Source of the DNA: Mobula hypostoma
Lineage: Eukaryota
DNA length: 64,000 bases
Reading direction: 5' to 3'
NCBI RefSeq assembly: GCF_963921235.1
Contig: NC_086097.1
Coordinates: forward strand, 122,576,001-122,640,000
This document shows, piece after piece, positions 13,816-26,742 of this stretch. How positions within the stretch are numbered: position 1 is the first letter of the stretch; every line of letters starts with the position of its first letter. Position numbers and translations under genes: made by a program. The notes beneath the pieces are model-generated. The model had not been told where the DNA came from and did not search any database. It was given only the letters and a program-made list of their open reading frames with translations.

Positions 13816-14361
13816 CACCCAGTAGCCACTCTATAAGGTGCAGCAGTATACCTAATGAAGTGGCCAGAGGAATGGAACCTAGTTTGGTCTTCTGCTTCTG
13901 TAGCCTATCTACTTCATGGTTCGGCATGCTGTGCGTTCAGACATACTCCTCAGCATATCACTGCTGTAACACGTGTTGTTTCTGTCACTGTCAGCGTAAA
14001 CCAGTTTGGCCATTCTCCTCTGACCTCTCATATTTACAAGGCATTTTCACCCACAGAACTGCTGCTCACTGGATTTTTTTTTGTTTCTTGCTCCATTCTC
14101 TGTAGACTCAAGAGTCTGTTGTGTGTGAAAATCCTAGGAGATCAATAGTTTCTGAGATACTCAAACCACCCCATCTGGTACCAACAATCACTCTATGGTC
14201 CAGTCACTTTGTTGATATTTCTTGACCATTCTGATGTTTGGTCTGAACAGCAACTGGACCTCTTGACCATGTCTGCATGCTTTTATGCATTGATTTGCTA
14301 CCTCATGATTGGCTGATTAGAGATTTGCACAGGTGTGCCTAATAAAGTGCATACAGAGTGC
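13816..14361 (-). mobile_element. Tc1-derived element family A
   Basis: Double TIR at 13816-13870, transposase N-terminal remnant, distal TIR at ~14335-14361. Confidence 0.8.
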
Positions 14362-16248
14362 ATATTGAAACATTGCATGTGTGATTCTCAACTTGAGAGC
14401 TCAATAAATCCTGACTAATTTTTAAAAGTGATTGGAATTGCCCATAAAGTGCAAGAGATGGTATCATTCTACATGTCTCAAACATCAAGAAGTTGAAAGT
14501 ATATTGTAAGATGAAAATGTGGCTTGCTGCACAAAATAATTTTCTGCACAGTTTCTCTCTATTAAATGAATGTTATATGCACCAACATAAAGCAAGGAAT
14601 ATATATTCTCTGAAGAGACAAAGGAAAGTGAAAATGGGAACATAATATAAATACTGCAAGTTATTATAATGCTCAAAAAATATTTGAACTAGGGAATACA
14701 GAAGGAGAAGGGGCACCAGAGTGAGGTGATAGGCAGGTGAGGAGAAGAGACCAGCATCATTAAATTCAACATAACATTGTGCAGAAACTGAGGACATTTT
14801 TCAGTGAGTGTTTGGCTGAAGATCAATGGAGTATATTTTAAGACATGCTGCAGAGTATTTCAGAGAGTGAAGATTTGGTACTGTGAACCAAGCTAAACCA
14901 GGAATTGAAATAAATATCAAGATATATGAAAATAAAAATGGCAAGTTAAATTCAGTGAAGCCTTTCGGGGAAGTGCAAGGAAATTCAATGGGGAGTACAA
15001 GAGATTTCAGGAGCATGTTAGCAGTGGTTAAAAGGGGCAAAAAAAAAGAATTTGGTACTAAGAGCTGCTGATACAAACCATTACGTGAAACTTTTCCATT
15101 ATAGTAAAACTGAGAGAGCTGTCAGAGAAAAAGATCAAAATCTTAGCAGATATTAATGGGGGATAAAGCTGTACTTTTAAATACCGTATGTTAATAGAAA
15201 ATTTTGCAGGCTAAAGGAACATTATCTTTCCAAAGAGTCTCTGAGGATCAGAAGTGCCCAATTTCATTTTGCCTACCAAACTTGATCTGAGACATATTCT
15301 ATCGGTCTCCACAACTGTTCTGAATATAATATACTGTTTAGTGTACTACTTAAGCCCAATGTGATGTTCACTTCAATGGCAGGCAGAGATAAATCTTAAG
15401 TAACAACCTATGGACTCAAATCTCATTTTAAACTCAACGGCAGGACCTGATTATCATTCAGCAGGTTTTACCCTCACGTATTTCCTGCTGGCCTCACAGG
15501 TTCAGTGCTACTGCATTAAAACTGTGTTCTCTGCTTTATGTTATATGTTCTATGCTCTAAAAACAGGGTTTTCTTGCAGTTGTCCAAAGCCAATGTTCCC
15601 AGGACAACATGGTCTAAGATAGCATGAGTAGTGGTGAAGGGGTTGATAGGAGGTCAGATTTAGTTTGTAGGACAGTGTTCATGAGTTGGTAAAGTAGACA
15701 GAACATTGGCAGATGGAACTTAATCCTGGTATGTGTGAGGTGATCCATTTTGGAAGGAATGTTAGTTAAAGTAAACAATGCATTTTTCTGTGTTTTTATG
15801 TACACATTACAAATAAGCAAGATTTCAAAGTACATTTATTATCAAAGTACATTTATTTGTTATTGTATGGAGTATACAACCCTGAGATTCATCCCACAGA
15901 CAGCCACAAAACAAAGAAAAACCATGGAACCTGTTCAAAGAAAAGCATCAAACCCCCAACACACACAGAAAAAGAACAAATTATGCAAAAGGCAAAGAGA
16001 GATGAATGGAAAACACAGAATACAAAACACCAGGCCACAAAGTCATCAAAAGAGTCCCGGGATATTCAGTCCAGCTCAGCTCAGCCTAACCCTCCTCTGT
16101 GTCTTCGCAATGTGCAAGTTGCAGAGCTAGTCCACCTTGATCAAAAACACACAAAGTAGCAACAAAAAGTAGTAACCAGAAACCAGAGTCTTGAACCTTG
16201 ATCTTTCGAAGATAGATAGAACATAGACATCAACAGCACATTACAGGC

Positions 16249-17429
16249 TTTTCATTGACTACAGCTCTGCCTTTAATACCATCATTCCAAATAAACTGAT
16301 TCCTAAGCTCCAGATCCTGGGCCTTGGCACTCAGATCTGCAGCTGGATCTTCAACTTCCTCACAGACAGGACCCAGGCTGTAAAAATAGGGGACAAGCTC
16401 TTCTCTACAATCTCTCTGAGCACCGGTGCCCCACAAGGCTGTGTACTCAGCCCCCTGCTGTACTCACTGTACACCCATGATTGTGTAGCCAAGTTTCCAT
16501 CGAACTCAATATATAAGTTTGCTGATGATATCACTATTGTAAGCCGTATCTCAGGTAATGATGAGTTTGAGTACAGAGAGGAAATTAAGAACCTGGTGAC
16601 ATGGTGTGAAGACAATAACCTATCCCTCAACATCAGCAAGATGAAGGAATTGGTTGTTGACTTCAGAAGGAGTAGTGGACTGCACGACCCCATTTACATA
16701 GGTGGTGTGCAAGTGGAACAGGACAAAAGTTTTAAGTTCCTCAGGGTCAATATCACAAATGTCCTGACTTGGTCCAACCAAGCAGAGTTCACTGCCAAGA
16801 AGGCCCACCAGCACCTTTACCTCCTGAGAAAGCTAAAGAAACTTGGCCTGTCCTCTAAAACCCTCACTAATTTTTATAGACATACCGTGGAAAGCATTCT
16901 TCTAGGGTGCATCGCAACCTGGTATGGAAGTTGTCCTGTCCAAGACTGGAAGAAGCTACAGAAGATCGTGAACACAGCCCAGCACATCACACAAACCAAT
17001 CTTCCATCCGTGGACTCACTTTACACCGCATGCTGTCGGAGCAGTGCTGCCAGGATAATCAAAGACATGACTCACCCAGCCAACACACTTTTTGTCCCTC
17101 TTCCCTCCGAGAGAAGGCTCAGGAGCTTGAAGACTCGTACAGCCAAATCTGGGAACAGCTTCTTTCCAACTGTGATAAGACTGCTGAATGGATCCTGACC
17201 CAGATCTGGGCCGTACCCTCCAAACATCCAGACCTGCCTCTCGGTTTTTTTGCACTACCTTACTTTCCATTTTCTATTTTGTATTTATGACTTATAATTT
17301 AAATTTTTTAAATTTAATATTGATTTGTACTCCAGGGAGCGCGAAGCGCAGAATCAAATATCGCTGTGATGATTGTACGCTCTAGTATCAATTGTTTGGC
17401 GACAATAAAGTATAAAGTATAAAGTATAA
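16249..17429 (+). mobile_element. Young 5'-truncated Rex1/Babar-type LINE; uninterrupted RT C-terminal frame 16251-17198
   Basis: [33 protein letters not shown] and KFADD in one stop-free frame; (taaagta)n tail; nested in a CR1 3' tail. Confidence 0.9.
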
Positions 17430-20400
17430 AGGCCCTTCGACCCACATTGTTGTGCTGACCATGTAATCTACTCTAGAAATTGCTGAGAATTTCTTTATCT
17501 TTATTATAAAGGTGGAACAAAGATAACGTCGGCCTGCGGTATCATCGAGAAAAGACGTGTAGATCCAAAGATTCCCTGATGTTGACATTTCATAATGAAG
17601 GCAAATTAGGTGGCTGCCTTTGATAGCCATGGTACAGAATATAAGAGCAGGGAGATTATGGCACAGTTTGATTGACATTAGGTAGGCTATAGCTGGAGTT
17701 CTGGATGCAGTTTTGGTTGCTACATTATTGGAAGGATGTGATTGCACTAGAGAGGATGGTATCTCCTGGGATGGACTGTTTTAGTTATGAGATGATACCA
17801 GAAAAGCTGAATTGTTTGCTTTGGAGCAGAGGATGATGTGTGAGAGTCTGACTGAAATACACAAAACAATGAGGGATATAAGATGAATAGTTAGAAACTT
17901 GTCCCCATAGCAGAGGGAATAGTTTTAAAGGGATAAAAGGTGTAGAGGGGAATTTAGACTCAGTCAAAGTAAATTTGTTATCAAAGTACGCACGTCATAT
18001 ATTACCTGAGGTTCATTTTCTTGCCGGTATCTCCAGGAAAATAAAGATATACTTTCTGTTTTGATTTAGAAGATCTGTGATATTTTGGCTTTATGTTATG
18101 AAATAAAAAACTGTCTTGAGATGTATGTTAGAGCTATCAAGATACCTCTGGGCTTTGGAATATATTTTCTTTAAAAGTGGGGTAATATTAATGAATGATA
18201 TCTAGTAGCTTAGCAAGCCTTTCCCATTGTTAGTATCGCAGTATCTAAATTATCTAATGTAGATTACATTATAAATATTGCACTTATGTCATTAAATGTT
18301 TAAAGAACTACCTTCTTTCTCTCCCTCTTGCTGCTGCTCCTGAATCTCAGAGTTGTATACTGCATAAATGCTTTGATAATAAATGTACTTTGAATCCTTT
18401 GAATCCCAATGCTACAATCTTACGACATGGCAAAAAATCTGTATGAAGACCTTGTTGGTTTCTGATAGATCTTTTCTTGGAGGAGTGTAACAAACTCCCA
18501 TAAACTCACCAAATAAATAAAACCAATTTCCATTTATCCCACACCTTTACTGTAGGAGTACCTCTGTAGGTACTTCATAGTGTAATCAGAGAAGGAATGT
18601 AACATCACAGCAAAGAAGAGGTGAGGAGGTCTGCCAAAAGGAGTGCTTTTTGTTGGGCAGGTCTTGAAGGAGGGAAGATGCAGTGAGGCAAAAAGATTCA
18701 GTGAAGGGATTGGTGAACTGAATGGACCGGAACACCTCATAAATCATTGCATCACCGGGGCTGGAGAACAAGGCAATGGAAGTTGTGTTAAAGAAGCATC
18801 AGCGACTAGCGACTAGCTAGGTTATATTGAGCATATTGTATTTATTTCCAGACACTGTACATCAGGAAGAAACATTGGCTGTGGGATGTTGCCACGGAGA
18901 TTTACAAAAAAAGAAAATTCTGGGATGATAATCTGCAGTAATGGAATGAAACCAGATACATGAAGATAAGACATATATTTCCTAATCAAAGATGTGATGA
19001 ATCAGCATATAGAAGGGAGATTGAAGACCTGGCTGAATGGTGCCACAACAACCACCTCTCACTCAATGTCAGCAAAACCAAAGAGCTGATTAATGACCAC
19101 AGGAAGAAGAAACTGGAAGTCCATCAGGGGATCAGAGGTGGTGAAGGTCAATAACTTTAAATTCCTGGGCATTATCATAATCAGAGGATCTGTCCTGGGA
19201 CCAGAATGTAAACATTATTTCAAAGAAAGTATGGCAGCGCCTCTAATTTCTTCCAAGTTGGTGCAGATTTGGCATGTCATCTAAAACTCTGACAAATTTC
19301 TATAGATTCACAGTGGTGCCCAGGAACAGAAAAGCCAACAAAAAGTGAATTATATAGCTCAGTACATCACAGAAAAATCTCTCCCCACCTTTGATCTCAT
19401 CTACACAGAGCACTGCTGCAAGGAAGCAGTATCCATTATCAAGCACCCCACTATCCAAGCCATGTTCCCTCCTCACTTCTACCATCAGGAATGAGGTATG
19501 GGAACCTCAGGTCCCACACTACCAGGTACTGGAACAGTTAATACCCTTCAACCATCAGGCTCCTGAACCAGCATGGACACCTTCACTCACCACACATTGA
19601 ACCATAAGACTATAAGATATAAGAGCAGAATTGGGCCACTTAGCCCAGCGAGTCAGCTCTGCCAATTCATCATGGCTGATCCATCTTCCTCTCAGCCCCA
19701 ATCTCTTGCCTTCTCCTGTGTATCCCTTCAGCCCATGACTAATCAAGAATTTATCAACGTCTGTCTTATATATACCCAATAACTTGGCTTCCATAGCTGC
19801 TTGTGGCAATGAACCCTACAGATTCACCACTCTCCAGCGAAAGGAATTCTTCCTCATCTCCTTTCTAAATTGATGTACCTCTATTCTGAGGCTGAGTCCT
19901 CTGGTCTTGGACTTAAGGACTCAACAACTCATTTTCTCAATTTTATATATTTACTTATTTTTTATGGTTATTAATTCCTGTTTATTTTTGTATTTGCACA
20001 ATTCATCAGTTTTTGTTTGTGTGTTTTTTTCCACTTATTCTACTGTTCTTTTTTCTACTGTAAATGCCTGAAAAAATGAATGTCAGGGTAGGTTTTGGTG
20101 ATATATTTACTTACTTTGATAATAAAATTTAGTTTGTACTTTGTGCTTTGTATTATTCCACAGAAGATACTGGTGCAATTCTACCCTGGCATCATAGAGA
20201 GAGTCCTCGCATCAGCCATTACTGTCCGGTTTGGTGCAGCATCTTCTCACCATGCACAAAAACGACAGTGAACTGTCAGTTCAACAGAAACTGTCTGCAG
20301 TCTATCACCACCGCCGGACTTGTATGTGTCCAGGACCTAAATTAGGCAGAAAAAATCATTGTGGACACCACCAACCCTGCAAACTACCCTTTCCAAAAGC

Positions 20401-20674
20401 CTCTTCTGGGACACACTATAGATGCTATTAAAACAAAAACTTCATGCCATCTTAACAGTTTATTCCCCCACCCCGCCCCAACCACTCTAGTTAACATCCC
20501 TTCCATGCCCTCAATCTCTGCACTGCTCTGTAAACATTTTAAACTACATTTTATAATGCCGCTTACATTGTAAATACATGCTGGTATTAATGTATTTATG
20601 CACATTTTATTCTATATCTGTACTTTAACCTCTAAGTTTATTTTATGTAATTCATTATTCTTTATAATTGTTGA

Positions 20675-21245
20675 GGGGTGTATGGGGTGTCAGGGAGGGG
20701 TAGCACCTCTGGTGGGGGAACATGTCGCGTCCTTTTCAGGGCGGTTAGTCCACCTTTGGTCCCCACCTGGCACTCAGCTCTCACCTGTGGCTCCCCGTAG
20801 CTGTTTGCATGCGACAGCGGCCACACCCTGGGCAACGGCTTCGACAAGCCGGCTAAACCAGGTGAGGGTAGCCGACGGGTCTCAAACCCTCGGTGAGATA
20901 GGGAGTTGTCTATCCCAGCATGTGAAGACAGACTCCGGCGGATTGAGCAGACGAGACCAGTGGAAGGTCCAACGGTCAAGAAGGCGGTCTCTGCAAGCGT
21001 CATGGAATATGTAGAGCAGGACAAGACACAGAAGACGTCCTGGTCATCCACTGCGCCTAGTCCCATCTCCAGCCGTCTAGACTCTGTCTTGCCACTGGAT
21101 CCAGATGGGAATTGGGAAGAGAGAGTGAGGCTGACGCTGCGCAACTCTCCCTCACTTAAATCCAAATCACGCGCTAGCCTCAACACCATCATTATGGTGT
21201 CGAGGTCCTCATCGACGTCAACGATGGACGAACAACAACAACAAC
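20675..21245 (+). mobile_element. Non-coding RTE-type retroposon with a 5' HDV-like ribozyme, copy 1
   Basis: 11-bp TSD ataattgttga (20664-20674 and 21246-21256), (aac)n tail, second copy at 50200-50755. Confidence 0.9.
20684..20868 (+). ncRNA. Predicted HDV-like self-cleaving ribozyme
   Basis: P1 ggggtgt/acaccct with G1-U wobble; P2 ctcacctg/caggtgag; P3 ggc/gcc; L3 tcc able to pair with gg (P1.1); P4 cggctt/aagccg; J4/2 g-C-taa. Confidence 0.8.
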
Positions 21246-22842
21246 ATAATTGTTGAAAGTTGCTGTTTTTGTTGCATGTCACACCCTGACCAACACACCA
21301 CAGCAAGTTCCTAATGCATGTAAATGTACTGTATATGGCAAATAAAGTTGGTCTTTGATCCTTGAAAGGTGATTAGAAAAGTTAAAAATAATGCAAATTG
21401 GATATTGCAACTCCATAAGTTAATGGAAAAGTAACATTGAATACTTGGGTTATGGAACTAAAGCAGATCAATGAAAACAGGACGCATATCAACCATTAGC
21501 TAACTGAATGAGGGATTAGATTCTAACTGATAAATGGGCTACTCAAACTGAGCATAAAATGAACTACAGGATGAACTCAATGCATCAAGCAGCATCTGAG
21601 GAGGGTAAAGAATGGCTAATGCTTTCAGTTGAGACCCTGAATCAGAACTGGGAGTATAGAGAGGTAGCATGTTAGTGTAACACTACTACAGCACTGGCCC
21701 CATCTTCTCTGTGACCTTGTGTGTTTCCTCTGGGTGCTCTGGTTTCCTCCCACATTCCAAACGTGTACGGGTCAGTAGCTTAATTGGTCGCATTGTTGTA
21801 ATTGAGCAGTGCGGACTCATTGGGCCAGAATTGCTTGTTACCGTGCTGGATCTCTAAAAAAACCAGATTGTCAGAATATAAAGTGAAAGGGAGGGGCGAG
21901 ACAGAAGCTGGAATTTGATAGATAAAAACAAGAAAAGGAGAACAAATCATTAGGCAGGTGGAGACTGGTGTGTGGGGGAAAGGGTTAAGATTAGGAACAG
22001 GGGCTTCTAGGAGTGGGTGGAACCAGAAACTGGTAGAATGATGGACTAAATCGAGGAGGCAATAGCAAAGGTGAACCAAGGAGATAGGGATGTGTGTAAT
22101 GGGCAGATGGAGACATTTGGGGGAGGGTGATGAGTCTAAATTACAAGGGAAAAACAAATGGGGAATGTGAATAGAGGAAGAGAAAATCTGGCCTGGACTT
22201 GGATCATTGCACGCAAAAGAATTTTTAAAATTATTGCCACATTGTGCACACGCTCTTAAAAATGTTTGTCACTCCTGGTTGAGTCTATGCATGGTTTCAC
22301 CAGTGTAGAGGAGGCCATACCATGAGCAGCAGATGCAGTGGACCAGGCTGAAAGGGGTTTATGTGAACCTCTACCTCACCTGGCCACACTTGCAGTGTGG
22401 CTTTTTGCAGCAGACTCGCTGTGTCCCATCTCCTACAAGCCTCACTATAAAACAGAAAGTCACAGGAGCACCACAAGATCAATTGTCCAGTCGTCCCCAG
22501 TACCTGTGGACGTTGTATAAAATCATATTAAAGTAGTAAAACATATAATATTAACCAAACCTGATTATGAACCTGTACAGACAATACACTGAGCCATTGA
22601 GGAAAAGTAATAATCTCAAAAGGCAAATATTTCCCATTCTTCTAAATTAGGAAGTCTGTTCACTCACAAAAACCTATGCCTTCTTTAGCAGTGGATTTAC
22701 CTATACGTGGCTGTCTCCAAAGAGAGTGTAATTTGGGAGGAAATACATGCAGGAATAGTAGTTCAAATTTTACAGCTAAATGTGTCTGTGCTGCTTCTTT
22801 GAATGAGCTTCCTTCAATTGTTATTAGTGCCCAAAAGTGTTC

Positions 22843-22975
22843 TGATCCTTGGGTGTTGGGCTCAGGCAGATCCCTGGATGTTGGGCCCAGATGATTTCTG
22901 GATCTTGGACCCAGGCTGATCCTAGATCTCGGACCAAAGTTGACTCATGGATCTTGAGCCCAGGCTGATCCCTAG
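22843..22975. repeat. Degenerate ~21-22 bp tandem repeat (~6 units)
   Basis: Unit approximately gatccctggatcttgggcccaggct. Confidence 0.65.
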
Positions 22976-23819
22976 TACCCAAGCTTAAAATCAGTAAAAC
23001 GAAAAATCTGATTGTTGACTTCAGGAAGGTGAATATGTGCGAATCTGTTTCAGTGGAATGGTGGTGCAGAGGGTAGAAGCTTTAAATTTCCCGTCATTGA
23101 TATATTGGATTACAGAAATATCAGGCCTCTTTGTTGCTGCAATTGGCTGTTTGAGTAGGAGCTGAAGTATAATGGCTGAGCAGACAATATACCTGTGATC
23201 TGCTTCACACATCCATGCCGTGCCAATTGATCCTCATTTGCAGAGTCCCCAGTGGTAGCTTTGAAACAACCATGAGGCATGAAGATTGGCTGCAGCTCTG
23301 AACCTCGAGTCACTGGCAATGCTGTACCTGTGGAGCTTTGGCTGCCGATAAGCTCGCAGCATATGGCATGACTCTGTATTAGCTTCCCTGATTAATCGTA
23401 GACTCCACGGACGCCACTTCTCAGACAAGGAGAGGGGACTGGATAATCTGGAGTACCAGAAGGCGGATGCTGAGTACCTCAGGTGTCTGGTTTGGCATGG
23501 CTCTTCATTGTTTAAAAATAAAGAATCATGAGGAAACACTTTATGCTTCCACAGAGCAGGTGTTGAAGAAAAAAGGAATGCAATGTCATAGCCAGAAAGG
23601 CTCTTCAAACCAGCACAAACAAAATAACATTAAAGAGCTTACAAAATAGCTGTCATACCACTGTTAGCCTCTGTAAGCTGATTTCCAAATTGGGCTCAAT
23701 TAACAGGCAGGCAAAAGAAAAGTGCCTGGGACGTCTGGAATGTTTAATGGGTTCCTTTCTATAACTGGCTGACTGAAACTAAAGATAATTTAGAGTTTGG
23801 GATCCCATCATTGGCAGTC

Positions 23820-24485
23820 CATAAGACTATAAGACAGAGGAGCAGAATTAGGCCATTCAGCCCATCAAATCTGCTCTGCCATTCCATCATGGCTGATTCC
23901 AGGACCCACTCCAACCCCATACACCTGCCTTCTCACCATAACCTTTGTTGCCCTGACCGATTAGGAAATGATCAACTTCTGCCTTAAATATACAAACGGA
24001 CTTTGCCACCGCAGTCTGTGGCAGAGCATTCCATAGATTTACTGTGCTCTGGCTAAAAAAAAAACCTCCTTACCTCTGTTCTAAATGGTCGCCCCTCAAT
24101 TTTGAGGCTGTCCCTCTTGTTCTGGATACCCCCACCTTAGGAAACATCCTCTCCATTTCCACCCTATCTAGTTCTTTCAACATTCGATAGGTTTCAATAA
24201 GATCCCACCTAAATTCCAATGAGTACAGGTCCAAAGCTGCCAAATGCTCCTCATACGTTAACCTCTTCATTCCCAGAATCATCCTCGTGAACCTCCTCTG
24301 GATTCTGTCCAATGACAACACATCCTTTCTGAAATATGGGTCCCAAAGCTGTTGATAATACTCCAAGTGTGACCTGATTAGTATCTTATAAAGGTCAGCA
24401 GTATCCCCTTGCTTTTATATTCTCTTCCCTTTGAAATAAATGCCAACATTGCATTTGTCTTCTTTACCACAGACTCAGCCTGTAG
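23820..24485 (-). mobile_element. CR1 3' fragment
   Basis: Minus ORF EYYQQLWDPYFRKDVLSLDRIQRRFTRMI; CR1 tail. Confidence 0.85.
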
Positions 24486-25200
24486 TCCTGGGGTCAGTAC
24501 TAATGATCAAAGGCTGAAGGTCGATACTAATAATTGAAGGCCAAAAGTCAATCAGAAGTCTGGAAGTCAAAACCTGATAGATAAAGTATGGAGACTGGAG
24601 GCTCGGAGGACTGTCTGTCTGTCTGTAAGGGTAGGTACGGTGCATGCTCTGCTGTCATTCTCTTGTCGATTGTCTTCTGTATCGTTCTGTTGAACATTGT
24701 GGGTATGCTATGCTGGTGCTGGAATGCCTGATGACACTTGCAGCCTGCTCACAGTAGATCATTAGGTTGTGTTGGCTGTTAACACAAATGACACATTTCA
24801 CTGTACATTTCAATGTACCTGTGATAGATAAACTCATCTGAGTCTTGAAGAATGGGGAGTTTGCCTCATGATGTCAGCATGATAAACAAGTGTAATACTA
24901 AACAGAAGATTGCAACAGAGAGAATGCTTTTTGGGAATGTCCTCTGCACAAATGAAAGAGATCAAGTCCCAATTGGAAAATGGCACCTGTTTTGTCAATA
25001 GTAGAATGGAGCCATTACAATAGCGAAAGAGTCTGAACACCAACTCTATCAAAAAAAGCTCTGCTTGTCTCATTCACAAACACACTAAACTGTACTCACA
25101 CTGGTATGTTTGTTTTTATGCCACTGATGGTGATAAGACACAATAAAAATAATATTTTCATTTCTCTAAATTCAAAATAAATTTAGTATCAAAGTACATA

Positions 25201-26566
25201 CACTCATGGCCACTTTATTAGGCACACCTGTACACCTGCTCATTTACGCAAGTACCTAATCAGTCAATCATGTGGCAGCAACTCAATGAATAAAAGCATA
25301 CAGACATGGTCAAGGGGTTCAGTTGTTATTCAGACCAAATATTATAATGAAGAAGAAATGTGATCTGAAGAACTTTCTCTGTGGAATCATAGTTAGTGCC
25401 AGACGGGCTGATTCGGCTATCTCAGAAACTGGTGATCTCCAGGGACTTTCACGCACGACATTCTCTACAGTTTACAGACAACGGTGCACAAAAGAGGAGA
25501 CGATGGCACCTAATGGCGACGCCTTTGCTTGCATCTTTGGAAATAGCTCTATTTCCATCTTTAATATCTATATTTTTCCCGTTCAGGGTTCTTTAAAGAC
25601 ACTAACCTGGAGTTACACATGGACTTCAGTTCTTTGCGGGAATGGGACCCGCTCTCAGAGTTTCACGACTGACAGTTATTTGACATGCCAAGGGCATGGC
25701 CTAAGAGATCGGCTCGCCTTTGGAGGGCCAAGATCTCGTGGCTCTGGAGATGGGCGGATCAGAGGTCAGTGTCCCAGTAGATCGGTGCGTCGTGGGAGTT
25801 GGAAGAACTATGGCTGTGTGCCCAGAGACCTGAGGTCTTTGGACACAGTGCTCAGAAAAAGCAACGCCATGAACTTTTAACATCGCAAACCAGTGAGCTG
25901 TTTGTTATGTCTCTCCTCTCACCGTGAAAGAGATCCACCTCTTTCTCCCTTATTAGGGAAAGAGAGAGCCTGTGGTTTGTCAAATACCAGGTTAACAAGT
26001 AGTCTTTGTGGTACTGCAAGTCTGTGTCTTTGCTGTTGCTTTGCTGAGTGCTCGGCAGTGGGTGCTGATTTTTTTTTGCCAGTGGGGGGAGGGAGGATCG
26101 TTTCTTGCTGCCATTTACACGTGGGAGGGAAGGGAGCTAGTGGGAACTTTGGGGTTCTAAGATTTAACTATCATTCATTATTTGGGGGCACTCCTCTGTT
26201 TTCGTGGATGGTTGCAAAGAAAAAGCATTTCAGGATGAATATTTTATACATTTCTCTGACATTAAATGTACCTTTGAAACCTTTGAAAACACAAAAACAT
26301 CCTGTGGGTAGCAGTTCTTTGGGTGAAAATGCCTTGTTAATTTCAGAGCTCGGTGGAGGCTGGCCAGACTGGTTCAAGCTGACAGGAAGGCAACAGGAAC
26401 TCAAATAACCATGTGTTGCAACAGTGGTGTGCAGAAGAGCATCTCTGAATGCACAACATCTCAAACCTTGAAGTAGATGGGGTGCAGCAGCAGAAGACCG
26501 TGAACATACACTCAATGTTCACTTTGTTAGGTACAAGGATATACCCAGTAATGTGGCCATTGGGTG
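25201..26566 (+). mobile_element. Tc1-derived element family A interrupted by a retroposon at 25494-26289
   Basis: TA-flanked TIRs; ORF MKKKCDLKNF..GIIVSARRA..AISETGDL.GLSRTT (Tc1 HTH); body resumes at 26290. Confidence 0.85.
25494..26289 (+). mobile_element. Non-coding retroposon with (ctttgaaa) tail
   Basis: Splits the Tc1 element; candidate TSD cacaaaa (25487-25493 and 26290-26296); GC-rich 5' part. Confidence 0.7.
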
Positions 26567-26742
26567 TAAATATCACTATATACTACCCTGAGATTAATTT
26601 TCTTTTATTGCATTCACAGTGGAACAATGAAATACAATAGAACCAATTAAAAAGTATATACAAAGAAAGACTGACAAACAATGAAAGTACAAAGCAAGAC
26701 ATCTGTGCAAATGCAATAATAATAATATTAATAATAACAATA

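Noticed and set aside
20662..21306. 214-aa minus ORF and overlapping ORFs in both retroposon copies as a novel protein gene
   Set aside because: Open frames occur on both strands of GC-rich, stop-poor DNA, cross the element boundaries differently in each copy, and show no domain. Their similarity simply reflects the young duplicates.
22843..22975. Short repeats as a CRISPR-like array
   Set aside because: Head-to-tail degenerate units without unique spacers, in eukaryotic DNA with no cas genes.
25323..25880. 185-aa ORF as an intact transposase
   Set aside because: Only ~50 aa are Tc1 HTH; the rest is read-through into an inserted retroposon, with no DDE domain.
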